DNA of 64,000 bases from positions 49,587 to 113,586 of the IMG/VR virus record IMGVR_UViG_3300035701_000008, one strand, 5' to 3'. This document shows, in pieces, positions 27,238 to 36,438 of this stretch. The stretch is from a virus. Position numbers and translations under genes: made by a program. The notes under the pieces are model-generated. The model was not told the DNA's origin. It ran no database searches and saw only the letters and a program-made list of their open reading frames with translations. The stretch's first letter is position 1. Each line of letters starts with the position of its first letter.

Positions 27238-27273
27238 ATTTACAGGGATAAATAAAACAAACAAAACAATCAA

Positions 27274-28668
27274 TTATATTTTAATCTCTTGTTCACCTAC
27301 ACCTTCTGTATAGCTGTACACTCTGTCTTCACAAGTCACCTTAATCTGTTTACCACCTGTAGCAAGACATAAATCTCTCAATTCATCATTAAATTCTATC
27401 AATGATACAGCATTCACCTTATAAGGGAATTCATCTGTATTGATTCTATCTTGACCATCGTTCAAAATTAATATCTCTGGTTTCTCATGTGATAGGTCAA
27501 TATCAAGATTACATAATCTACCACTAGATATCTCATCAGAAATACGTTCAACCATAGCAGCAACAGCTGTTTCTCCACCATTAGGTTCATTAGAGAATGT
27601 TTGCCAAAATTTAATTACATCCTCTTTGTTCTTAATGTGTTGAAATTCTAATTGGTCTGGATCATGAACAAAATAACTAAAGAACACCTCAGCTTCTCCC
27701 TTCATTACATACCTGAATCTGTCTATTAATATAGCATTCACCCAAGTTTGTTTACTATCCTCCCACATAGAACCAGAGAAATCTAGAATGATGATGATCT
27801 TTTGAATCTGTTCTTTTCTATCAACTGGTACATTAACTGTCAAATCTTTAGTTAAGAACTTAGTTCTGAAGTTAGGGAACATCTTTTGATAAAGATCCAT
27901 CATATGCATTTGAGCATAGTCTCTCATAATCATCTTAGAATACTCATCAGAATTAGCCACTATCTTTTCAGATATTTCCTTTTCCACTTTGAACTCACTA
28001 CCAAACTTACCAACAAGAGACAAATGGTTCATAATCTCCATCTTTTTATCTCTACTTCTATCATTTAGTTCTAGTTGTTCATTGATGTCTGGATCAGCAT
28101 ATATTTTTCTGTCAAAATCTAATCCTTTCTTGAGATCTAGCTCATCATCTTCTTGTCTTTCACCATCTGAGTCTTCATTCTTACTTGCTAATTTCAAATA
28201 AATAGCAACAGCTTGTTCAAGAGGTGTAAATCCAGGAATGTATTGCCCATAGATAGAATCAATCAATGGTTTCTTTCTATCATATTGTGCTCTATCTTTA
28301 TCAGTGAGTGAATCAACATCTAGATATTTATCATCCAGATAATTAGGTTCTTCGATCATCTTGAAATAACATGCACGTGCTAACTCTTTGATCATATCAA
28401 TACTCTCTTGACTCTTGACATATCTAAGTTTCTTCTTTATCTCAGTGGATGTTGGTGTAATGTAATTAACTGGATCTTTAACAAATAAGTTGCTATCATC
28501 ATCCTCATCAACCTCTTTAATAAATGAATATGTAGACCAGCTATTTTTAGACCAACTACCACCACCATACTTACTCTTCCAACTTCCTACACTCTTTTTG
28601 GGAGTGTAGGTTGGAGTATAATAATCACCATAGTAATCATCATCAATGTTATCAAATAATGTTCTCAT
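27274..28668 (-). CDS. vWA-domain protein, ViaA-like partner of a MoxR AAA
   Basis: MIDAS motif ILDFSGSM, PNGGET, ILILNDG, ATGG; coupled to the AAA gene. Confidence 0.85.
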   Translation of the reverse strand: MRTLFDNIDDDYYGDYYTPTYTPKKSVGSWKSKYGGGSWSKNSWSTYSFIKEVDEDDDSNLFVKDPVNYITPTSTEIKKKLRYVKSQESIDMIKELARACYFKMIEEPNYLDDKYLDVDSLTDKDRAQYDRKKPLIDSIYGQYIPGFTPLEQAVAIYLKLASKNEDSDGERQEDDELDLKKGLDFDRKIYADPDINEQLELNDRSRDKKMEIMNHLSLVGKFGSEFKVEKEISEKIVANSDEYSKMIMRDYAQMHMMDLYQKMFPNFRTKFLTKDLTVNVPVDRKEQIQKIIIILDFSGSMWEDSKQTWVNAILIDRFRYVMKGEAEVFFSYFVHDPDQLEFQHIKNKEDVIKFWQTFSNEPNGGETAVAAMVERISDEISSGRLCNLDIDLSHEKPEILILNDGQDRINTDEFPYKVNAVSLIEFNDELRDLCLATGGKQIKVTCEDRVYSYTEGVGEQEIKI

Positions 28669-29978
28669 TAGATAAATGCATTTATGGTTAGATTTTTATC
28701 AAATTTGGTTTTAGCTTGTGTAGCACTCTTAACTAATTGTGAATGTATGTGTGCTATATCATCACCTACAGTGAGGCCTTTGATGTCTGTAAGTTGTTTG
28801 TTAAGATCACCAATTGCATCTTTGTACATCTTCTCATCCTCTCTTGTTACCAATGGTAGGTGATTTAGTGTCTCAATACTATAAGTGATAGCTGCAGATA
28901 AGTCTCTAAACTTAATTGTAGCTTCGAACTTCTTAATCACTTCAGCAATCAATGCTGGTTTCTTAGCAAACTCTGCAATGAAACCTAATGAATCTGGACC
29001 ACATTGATCATACACTGAATAAGCTGTTACAGCTACACGTGGACTAATTGTAATACCATTCTTAGCATACTCTTGTAACAAGTATGGAATCACTGGATCT
29101 ACATTATCTACACCAAACTTACTTTCTAGTAATCTGTTATAGGATATTTCTGTGTAGTTATCCCATACAACATTCAATTCTAAAGGAAATCTCTCCATCA
29201 ATGCTTTTAATGACATATTCTTAGAGAATTCATCACGAGTTCTATTTGTACAACAAATGATGAACTTAGTAGCAATAGGAAATATCTGTGTACCATTTCT
29301 GAATACACCTGATGATAAAATATCCTTCAATTGCTCTAGAATAAAATCTGGTGCATCGAACAACTCTTCGAACACTACATATTCATGGTTCATGAAAGAA
29401 TTCTCTACAAGATATTCTATCTTACCTGTTTTCTCGAATGTTGGTATATCAAGACCACCAAACAATCTGTCTGTTGTCATACCTGTACCCATTGTAATAA
29501 TGTAAGGAGTGATTCCTTTAGATTGAAGAAAATCAAGTGTTATTTCTGATTTTCCATGACCCCCTGCGCCATATAAAACTACATTCTTACCTGTTTGAAA
29601 TCCTACATTAAGAATGTTAACTGTTTTGTCCATAAATACGAACTTCTCTGATACTGGATTTGCTTTTGCTGATCTCTTTGCTGTTGTTTTCATTTTTCTT
29701 TCTGTTATTAGGTTGTTGTTTAATTTAATTTGTTCTAAAATTTCTTCGATTATTATTTCTTCTTCTTTGAGAATACATTGTGATGGTCTAAATGTCCAAT
29801 CATTTATACGAAATTGTTGGTTAGATTCAATACTACTATTACATCCATCAGGAACATCTTGTCCCATGAAACGATCCATTTTATTGTAACTATTCCAATG
29901 TTTTGGTACATGAGCAATAGTATCCCAAAGACCATCTCTTTTGAATTCTTCCTCTGTCTTAAATCTATATTTACTCAT
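28668..29978 (-). CDS. MoxR/RavA-like AAA+ ATPase with N-terminal extension
   Basis: VLYGAGGHGKS, LFGGLDI, VFEELFD, CCTN, ALMERF, ISPR. Confidence 0.85.
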   Translation of the reverse strand: MSKYRFKTEEEFKRDGLWDTIAHVPKHWNSYNKMDRFMGQDVPDGCNSSIESNQQFRINDWTFRPSQCILKEEEIIIEEILEQIKLNNNLITERKMKTTAKRSAKANPVSEKFVFMDKTVNILNVGFQTGKNVVLYGAGGHGKSEITLDFLQSKGITPYIITMGTGMTTDRLFGGLDIPTFEKTGKIEYLVENSFMNHEYVVFEELFDAPDFILEQLKDILSSGVFRNGTQIFPIATKFIICCTNRTRDEFSKNMSLKALMERFPLELNVVWDNYTEISYNRLLESKFGVDNVDPVIPYLLQEYAKNGITISPRVAVTAYSVYDQCGPDSLGFIAEFAKKPALIAEVIKKFEATIKFRDLSAAITYSIETLNHLPLVTREDEKMYKDAIGDLNKQLTDIKGLTVGDDIAHIHSQLVKSATQAKTKFDKNLTINAFI

Positions 29979-29989
29979 AGCTTTTATAT

Positions 29990-30015
29990 AAAAAGAGAGC
30001 CATTACAGCTCTCTT
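29990..30015 (-). terminator. intrinsic terminator
   Basis: AAGAGAGC-TGTAATG-GCTCTCTT followed by TTT. Confidence 0.75.
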
Positions 30016-30020
30016 ATTAA

Positions 30021-30458
30021 TTAGTCTTCATCTTCTTCAATTCTTCTTCTGATGAATTCATCTAATGCATCTTTGATCTCTTTAGGAAGATCTTCTCCAT
30101 TGATAGTGGAAACATCATGACCCATAGATTTAATCTTATCTAATAGTTCACCAGCACCACCACCAATCTTAAGTTCTGCATATTGACGCATTGCATTTTC
30201 TTCCATTTCTTCTATCCTACTTTTAAGATAGAATCCTGCAAGGATAACCAATTGAGAATAACTATACTCATTCAATGCAGCTTCTACAAGCTTGCTTGTT
30301 TGACAGTCTAGTATTTTCTCATTCACTGTGTCCACTTTAAGATTAAAGATAATATCTTTGGTCTTATCGTTTAACTCATCTAAATAGGCTTGATTTACGC
30401 CTAAAGCTTTGTTGATCTTTGTTTCTTCGTGATCAAATGTAAAAATTGTTGCATTCAT
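30021..30458 (-). CDS. early hypothetical protein
   Basis: FDH......ALGV; leader TCCTTAATAAC. Confidence 0.65.
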   Translation of the reverse strand: MNATIFTFDHEETKINKALGVNQAYLDELNDKTKDIIFNLKVDTVNEKILDCQTSKLVEAALNEYSYSQLVILAGFYLKSRIEEMEENAMRQYAELKIGGGAGELLDKIKSMGHDVSTINGEDLPKEIKDALDEFIRRRIEEDED

Positions 30459-30622
30459 GTTATTAAGGATTTATTGTTCTATTGTTTGTCTTGTATTTAT
30501 TATCTTTTCTCTTATAATTCCTTTTCTGAAATTATATAACACTTCAATTATCAACCTTCTAGCTTTAATTGCTTTAAATCTATCTGTTGATCCTACCAAT
30601 GTACCTTTATACACCCTACGTC

Positions 30623-30853
30623 TCATATCAATTTAATAACAGCTAGTATTATATCAATTACTATGATTGCAGAAAAACAAAATACAAGAATCCTATTTGT
30701 TTTAGACAAATGTTCATTATGTTTTTCTAGCAGTTCTACTCTTAGTTCTTTTAGACTAATAAGTCTATCAGATGTTTCTAAGCATCTCTGTTGAGCTTCT
30801 ATCAATTTTGTTAGTTGATCGAATGTTTCTTCAATTCCTCTTTGTTTTTGCAT
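30623..30853 (-). CDS. coiled-coil protein with C-terminal TM segment
   Basis: Heptad pattern followed by a hydrophobic tail. Confidence 0.55.
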   Translation of the reverse strand: MQKQRGIEETFDQLTKLIEAQQRCLETSDRLISLKELRVELLEKHNEHLSKTNRILVFCFSAIIVIDIILAVIKLI

Positions 30854-31025
30854 ATTATTTTATATTAGTTTTTACTTATCATCATACCAATAAGAATTGG
30901 TAATACTAAAGGACTGAACACAAGACATACATAATGTCTAAACTCTAGATCATCTATATGCTTATAAGACTCAATAAAAATTCCTACCATAACTAAATAT
31001 GATAGGAATATATATAATGTGATTA

Positions 31026-31217
31026 TCATAATCCAATAAGATCATCAAAACAACTCTCTAACAAATCTGTTAGCTTTTGTCTCTCGTGTAACAATACATC
31101 TATTTGTTCTTCTATCTCATGGATGTTTGTGTCATCATGAGCATCTCTAAGGCTATCTAATGAATGTATTTCATTTTTGATAACTTGTAACCTCTGTTCA
31201 ATAATTTCTGTTTTCAT
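31026..31217 (-). CDS. small coiled-coil protein
   Basis: Helical hairpin pattern. Confidence 0.55.
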   Translation of the reverse strand: MKTEIIEQRLQVIKNEIHSLDSLRDAHDDTNIHEIEEQIDVLLHERQKLTDLLESCFDDLIGL

Positions 31218-31231
31218 TGTTATATTTGTTA

Positions 31232-31435
31232 TTAAGAATTAAAATTGTTATCAAGATCATTTCCAATTATAGCACTTGGTATCCAACCAAATGTCATCAT
31301 AAAGAATAACATTGCACCATGTGTCATGCATTGTTTGTACGTTACATCAGATAATAAATATCCAATAAGACCGAAAGACATCCATGTAAGGAGTAGTGAA
31401 GCTATTACAGCTAACATAATTTTTGTTGATTTCAT
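31232..31435 (-). CDS. small two-TM membrane protein
   Basis: Two hydrophobic segments and GWIP. Confidence 0.6.
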   Translation of the reverse strand: MKSTKIMLAVIASLLLTWMSFGLIGYLLSDVTYKQCMTHGAMLFFMMTFGWIPSAIIGNDLDNNFNS

Positions 31436-31451
31436 AATTATTAAGGATTTG

Positions 31452-31661
31452 TTATTTTATATAAATACTACAATGACTGAATTCTTGTTCTTTTATAATC
31501 CAGTCAACATCTATTACTGAACAATTATGAATTACACCTTTATGTGTAACATCAAAATTGTTATCTCCTTTAACTGGAAGTGCAGGTAATAGTATTTCTA
31601 ATTGATCTATTTCAGGAAATTCACCTCCCATATCTATTAAGAAGCATTTGATTAAATTCAT
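31452..31661 (-). CDS. hypothetical protein
   Basis: LPALPVKGD; leader CTCCTTAATAAC. Confidence 0.55.
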   Translation of the reverse strand: MNLIKCFLIDMGGEFPEIDQLEILLPALPVKGDNNFDVTHKGVIHNCSVIDVDWIIKEQEFSHCSIYIK

Positions 31662-31689
31662 TTTGTTTGTTATTAAGGAGTTTAATTAA

Positions 31690-32016
31690 TTATTGAACAA
31701 CATTAAAATGTATTCTTTTAGGAAATATCCCATCAAATACAAATTTAGTTACATTACATAACCACACAGGAGTAAATCCTAAATGATAAATGCATCCATT
31801 TGGTGGTGTTTGTATTATTCTTTTAAGAGTTTCAAATCCATCAGGACATTCTTTGTCTGTTGATAGATCTATTGACACTGTGTCACCATTGTTTGATAGA
31901 TGGTCTAATAATGTATCAGCACCACCAACCATTTGTAATTCTGCTTTTGTTCCTGTCCATTCTGGTAAATCTATATACCAATTGTTGTTTTCTTTGTTAA
32001 AACGGTAATTCTTCAT
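31690..32016 (-). CDS. DUF6717-like protein
   Basis: WYIDLPEW.G.KAELQMVGGADTLLD...WLC.VT.FVF.G.FP..I. Confidence 0.65.
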   Translation of the reverse strand: MKNYRFNKENNNWYIDLPEWTGTKAELQMVGGADTLLDHLSNNGDTVSIDLSTDKECPDGFETLKRIIQTPPNGCIYHLGFTPVWLCNVTKFVFDGIFPKRIHFNVVQ

Positions 32017-32200
32017 CTGTTTGTCTGTATTTATTATTTAATATTTCGTCTGCCATTTCTATAATCTCAAACTCTTGTTGTTGCACTGTATCCAAGAGTT
32101 CAAGACATAGATTGTATTGTCCTAGATAATATTCCCAATTGCTTGCATTATCTTTTAGATAGTTAAGCTCTTCTAGCTTTGATTGTAATATTTCTAACAT
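31997..32200 (-). CDS. small hypothetical protein, paralog of 33301..33441
   Basis: EYYLGQYNLCLELL. Confidence 0.55.
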   Translation of the reverse strand: MLEILQSKLEELNYLKDNASNWEYYLGQYNLCLELLDTVQQQEFEIIEMADEILNNKYRQTDEELPF

Positions 32201-32643
32201 GATTGTGTATTTAATTCAGAGATTCTTCTCTGCCATATTTCTCTAAATCCTTCTATTTCATCAGATGTAAACCACATGCTGTCTGTATGTAATACATTCT
32301 TACCAACCCACCAAGAATAATGATAATGCTTGTTATACATATCACTAATCTCTTCATGTTTGTACATAGCAAGATCACTATTATGCATAGACCATTCATC
32401 AATATACCAATCTTCATCATCATGATAACTTTCATAATAATCATCATCATCATAATAATAAGTTTGTGGACTATATTGATCAAACACTGTTTCTTCAAGA
32501 ATGTAATAGTTATCTATACCATCATAGTTAATAAGATCATCTAAGAACTTATCAGCATCTTCTCTATTGAGAAACATCTTTCTATTGTGCGAAGCATAAT
32601 AATCATCTGTATAATGTCTCCAATGTGCTGTAAATATCTTCAT
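32194..32643 (-). CDS. acidic Tyr/Asp-rich early protein
   Basis: YYYDDDDYYESYHDDEDW. Confidence 0.55.
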   Translation of the reverse strand: MKIFTAHWRHYTDDYYASHNRKMFLNREDADKFLDDLINYDGIDNYYILEETVFDQYSPQTYYYDDDDYYESYHDDEDWYIDEWSMHNSDLAMYKHEEISDMYNKHYHYSWWVGKNVLHTDSMWFTSDEIEGFREIWQRRISELNTQSC

Positions 32644-33053
32644 AATACGTTGTTTAAAAATGACTACCTAATGCAGCATCAATTTGATTATTAATATGTC
32701 TTTGTTCCCAAATGGTAAGCTCATCATATGCTTTACCATAATACCTCTGTGCAAATTCTTCTTCCATAATATATATGTATTTGATTTGTGTTTTACACCT
32801 AAAACTTTATTATCTCTGTATCACTATTGAAAAGTTGGATACTTGACCATAATTTGTATATATGGAAAGAAACTGGTGTCCTCAACATCTTGGAAGGTTA
32901 TTGAGTTTTTTATGAGAGCTTGATTTCCTCTCTTGTGTTATGTTAGCCTAACAGAACCTCTTTCTCCACACCTAATCCTTGGATTATACAGTGGCTGGTT
33001 GTTAACACAATGTAAATGTGAAAGAATATTCTCTACATTGTGTACTAGTATTA

Positions 33054-33287
33054 TTAATCACACCAACTTCTAGAACAAGAAGGACATGATGTTATGTGTG
33101 AACCAGAAGACATTTTAAATGCATCATCCTCTCCATATCTATCAACTAACATTTCTCCTAGTGTTTCAAGTTTACCATATTTATCATCTCTAACCCAATT
33201 ATACATGTGATTACATGATTTATATGCGAATAGAGGAACTTTGTTGGTTTCACAATATATTCTCTGATTGTCGTAGTGTATATCCAT
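33054..33287 (-). CDS. small Cys-containing early protein
   Basis: C-terminal CPSC...WCD. Confidence 0.55.
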   Translation of the reverse strand: MDIHYDNQRIYCETNKVPLFAYKSCNHMYNWVRDDKYGKLETLGEMLVDRYGEDDAFKMSSGSHITSCPSCSRSWCD

Positions 33288-33300
33288 TGTTATAATGTAT

Positions 33301-33441
33301 TTAAAAAGAATTGTTATCTATATATGATAATAGTTCAAGAACAATATCTCGTTGTCCTAAGAAGTATTCATAATCTAGTATATTATCACTAAGTAATATA
33401 TTATCTATTTCTTTAAGCTTGTTATGTAACCATGTCTTCAT
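33301..33441 (-). CDS. small hypothetical protein, probable start MKTW at 33441
   Basis: Paralogy with 31997..32200 sets the start; the longer track N-terminus is AT-rich non-coding-like DNA. Confidence 0.55.
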   Translation of the reverse strand: MKTWLHNKLKEIDNILLSDNILDYEYFLGQRDIVLELLSYIDNNSF

Positions 33442-33668
33442 GAATGCTATATTTATTGCTTTGTTTATTGTTATTTGTGTTTGTTCTTGATTGATGTTTA
33501 TGCTAATGAGGTGTACGCTACAACATATATATACACCCAAAAAGTTTTTTTCTCCCTCGTAAAAAGTTTTATTACATATATATATAGGTATAAACTTTTC
33601 CACTAGGAAGAAATAAACTTTTTTCCACTCCTATATATATAGGAAGGATGAATATAGATTTATATACG

Positions 33669-33696
33669 TAAAAAAAAAGGCTCGTTAGAGCCTTTT
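33669..33696 (-). terminator. intrinsic terminator
   Basis: AAAAGGCTC-TAAC-GAGCCTTTT followed by a T run. Confidence 0.85.
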
Positions 33697-33698
33697 CA

Positions 33699-34052
33699 TT
33701 AACCTAAATCATTGTATTCTTCTACTGAAGCTTTAGCTTCAGGCTTGAAGTTCTCAATAGTCATAGATTCAAGCGTAATTTCATTACGTTTCAATCCTAT
33801 TAACTTCTTAAATGTAATGTAACTTACCATAGCAAGTTTACCATCATCATTAGTATCAAGTTTTAAGCTTTCAATACCACCATCTTCTAAAGCAGTAAAG
33901 AAGCTTTCATCATTGCTGATAAATACTTTACCATCATAATTAAATCTACGATAGAATTGTCCTTCCATTTTTGTACCTGTTGCGTAAGGTAATAATCCAC
34001 TAATTGTTTGAATCCCTAAGATGTCTTTTGCATTCACTGTTTGAATAGCCAT
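33699..34052 (-). CDS. first gene of the minus arm, monocistronic, function unknown
   Basis: Own terminator; CGT Arg codons as in the capsid gene suggest high expression. Confidence 0.75.
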   Translation of the reverse strand: MAIQTVNAKDILGIQTISGLLPYATGTKMEGQFYRRFNYDGKVFISNDESFFTALEDGGIESLKLDTNDDGKLAMVSYITFKKLIGLKRNEITLESMTIENFKPEAKASVEEYNDLG

Positions 34053-34212
34053 AATTTCTGTTTTTTAATTGTTTAATGGGGGAGCACCCCGCTCACCCAA
34101 ACATAGGTGGGGTAGTTGATTGGAAGTGGTCTCACATCCCACATACACAATGGGTTTCCAAATTTTGAAAAAAAATTTTAAAAAAGTTTTGGCTGGTATG
34201 TATTTTATGCAT

Positions 34213-34220
34213 TACCTTTG
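34213..34220 (+). promoter_or_regulatory. TACCTTTG promoter element
   Basis: Exact TAnnTTTG, with TTTG upstream. Confidence 0.55.
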
Positions 34221-34345
34221 GTGGGTGGGTGGGTATGTCTATATAAGTATATGTTATCTGTATACATCTATAGAGAAAGTTTTCATAATATAGCATAGGT
34301 ATTAAATATTTTATCTATATATGTATTTTATATATCTTTATTGTA

Positions 34346-34353
34346 TATCTTTG
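34346..34353 (+). promoter_or_regulatory. TATCTTTG promoter of the plus arm
   Basis: Exact consensus 26 nt upstream of ATG 34380. Confidence 0.65.
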
Positions 34354-34379
34354 TCATATGATTAGATAAAAACTACATT

Positions 34380-34769
34380 ATGATTATACAAAAACTTAAA
34401 AGATCTATTGATACAGACATAGAATTAGCTGAGAAATATTATAGTTTATTATCAGCTGTTAACTCTCTTAAACTAACAGAGAGAGAAATACAACTCATAG
34501 CTTTTACATCTATTAAAGGGAATATTACATATGCTAATGTTAGAGAGGAGTTTTGTAATAAGTATAATAGTACATCTCCTTCTATTAACAACATTATATC
34601 AAAGCTTAAGAAGATAGGTATATTCATCAAGGAGAATGGTAAGGTGAAAGTTAATCCAATTATATCAATTGATTTCACAAAAGATTTAACGTTAGAAATA
34701 AAACTAGTACATGGAGAAACCACCATCAATGTCAGTAAAGGAGTGGATAATAAAAAGGATGTCAATTAA
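34380..34769 (+). CDS. winged-HTH DNA-binding protein
   Basis: LTEREIQLI...SINNIISKLKKIG..IK..G...VNP. Confidence 0.65.
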   Translation: MIIQKLKRSIDTDIELAEKYYSLLSAVNSLKLTEREIQLIAFTSIKGNITYANVREEFCNKYNSTSPSINNIISKLKKIGIFIKENGKVKVNPIISIDFTKDLTLEIKLVHGETTINVSKGVDNKKDVN

Positions 34770-35100
34770 TATGGTGATATCTGAGAAGGTGATTGAGCAA
34801 GTGGTTAATCATCAGTTTGATTCTGCCAATGATGCTCTCACATCAAATGATACATTAGAGATATCTGGGTTTGGGAAGTTTTTGTTTAATAAGAAGAAAG
34901 CTCAGTTACATTATGAGAAGCTTCTTAAGATAAAGAAAGCTTATGAGAACATGTTAGAGGATCCATCTATTACAGATAAGAAAAGACATTCTACAGAGAT
35001 GAGAATGTTGACAGTGACAAATGATTTAAGAATATTAAAACCAAAAATAAATGAAGCTAACACAGATATACGAGGGATGGAAGAATCATCTTCTTCCTGA
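34711..35100 (+). CDS. HU/IHF-like protein
   Basis: LEISGFGKFLF. Confidence 0.65.
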   Translation: MEKPPSMSVKEWIIKRMSINMVISEKVIEQVVNHQFDSANDALTSNDTLEISGFGKFLFNKKKAQLHYEKLLKIKKAYENMLEDPSITDKKRHSTEMRMLTVTNDLRILKPKINEANTDIRGMEESSSS

Positions 35101-35323
35101 AGAGAGAACAAAAGCTTTCATTGAACATGTAAGCTCAGAAAGAATTAGTATATGTGAAGCATGTGATAAGCATTCTTCTAAACATTCTACAATAAGACCA
35201 GATGCACATTGTGTAGAATGTGGATGCACGCTTTCAGCTAAAACAAAATGTTTAACATGTGAATGCCCATTGAAGAAATGGTTAGCACAACCAATACCAA
35301 TAGAAGATGTTAAAACTACGTAA
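35051..35323 (+). CDS. Cys-rich zinc-binding protein
   Basis: RISICEAC...CVECGC.L.AKT.C..CECPLKKW. Confidence 0.7.
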   Translation: MKLTQIYEGWKNHLLPEERTKAFIEHVSSERISICEACDKHSSKHSTIRPDAHCVECGCTLSAKTKCLTCECPLKKWLAQPIPIEDVKTT

Positions 35324-35591
35324 GATACCATTAGGACCATTCATTGAAATGCTTCAAGACCTATGGGAGAATGGGGCTGATTTTATTGATTTATCAGGTG
35401 AGCAAAGCAATGATAATGATCCATTAGCAAGAGACACAATACAGATAACAGTGAAGCCTGAATATTTATCTAATGAGGAGGAGGATGTAATAGAGCTTAT
35501 ACAAGAAGTGGAATTAGATTATTCTAATGATGATATACCAAGCACTATTAGAAAGACATTATCTGATGATGACATAAATGAATTAATATAA
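35307..35591 (+). CDS. acidic hypothetical protein
   Basis: Coupled ORF. Confidence 0.6.
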   Translation: MLKLRKIPLGPFIEMLQDLWENGADFIDLSGEQSNDNDPLARDTIQITVKPEYLSNEEEDVIELIQEVELDYSNDDIPSTIRKTLSDDDINELI

Positions 35592-35860
35592 TGGCAAAAC
35601 CAAACTATTATCGTCAAATTATACAGACATTAGGAAGATTGTATAAAGCCCATCCCTTCTATAATATGGGACAACATATATCTACAGCAGTGGATGGTTC
35701 TGAGTTATGGGGAGTGTCAGATAAAGAACTATTTCTTTCCTTACAGAAATATGAAGCAAACCTAGAGATGGATGTCAATCATAATGAAGAAGAAATAGAA
35801 GCCATTATAAAAGATGGCATGAATTTGGAAAGAACATTATTTGAAGAGGAGGAAGATTAA
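35591..35860 (+). CDS. hypothetical protein
   Basis: TAATG coupling with the upstream gene. Confidence 0.6.
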   Translation: MAKPNYYRQIIQTLGRLYKAHPFYNMGQHISTAVDGSELWGVSDKELFLSLQKYEANLEMDVNHNEEEIEAIIKDGMNLERTLFEEEED

Positions 35861-35886
35861 TAACACAATATAATACCAACTACATA

Positions 35887-36438
35887 ATGATAATTGTAAA
35901 TAAACTTTACAGAAAAAATTTCAATCAATACAATGTAGAAGATTGGAAGTATATATTCTCAATATATGCATTAAGAGATAGATACAACTTTACAGAAGAA
36001 GAATTTTTAGCTGCTGAATTAATAGATAAAGTTGAGATGATGAAAAAAATGGATGATAATCTTTTTGTAAAAGGAACCATCGATATTGATTCACTACATA
36101 AAAACGAATCAGTGTTTGCACCATGTCCAGAAGATGAAGGATGTAAAGTGATTCAAGATTTTTTAGAGGATGAAGATGTAAAAGATAAAAATCCATCTAA
36201 ATATGAGATACCAGCATGTGATCCAGAAAATAGTTGTGATGTAATACAAGATTTTTTAGAAGAAGATGGTATAGATAAATTTGCTATATTTCGTAATATT
36301 CAAAGTGACTACTATAGTGAGATTTATCAATGCCAAAATAGAATAGAAGAATGTAAAAAGAAAATCAGAGCAGAGATACAAGATATACAAGTGTATAGAC
36401 AAAAATTGGATGAAGCATTTAACCAATATATAGAATAA
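35887..36438 (+). CDS. hypothetical protein with an internal Cys repeat
   Basis: PCPEDEGCKVIQDFLEDE and PACDPENSCDVIQDFLEED. Confidence 0.6.
   Translation: MIIVNKLYRKNFNQYNVEDWKYIFSIYALRDRYNFTEEEFLAAELIDKVEMMKKMDDNLFVKGTIDIDSLHKNESVFAPCPEDEGCKVIQDFLEDEDVKDKNPSKYEIPACDPENSCDVIQDFLEEDGIDKFAIFRNIQSDYYSEIYQCQNRIEECKKKIRAEIQDIQVYRQKLDEAFNQYIE

Noticed and set aside
27248-27272. T-rich tract after the vWA stop as a fourth antisense tract
   Set aside because: The best leader match I found is only about 11 low-complexity nt (31661 leader), and the tract overlaps the -33 region of the ncRNA promoter.
33442-33603. N-terminal 54 aa of track ORF 33301..33603
   Set aside because: GTG start in TA-repeat DNA; paralogy supports the ATG at 33441.
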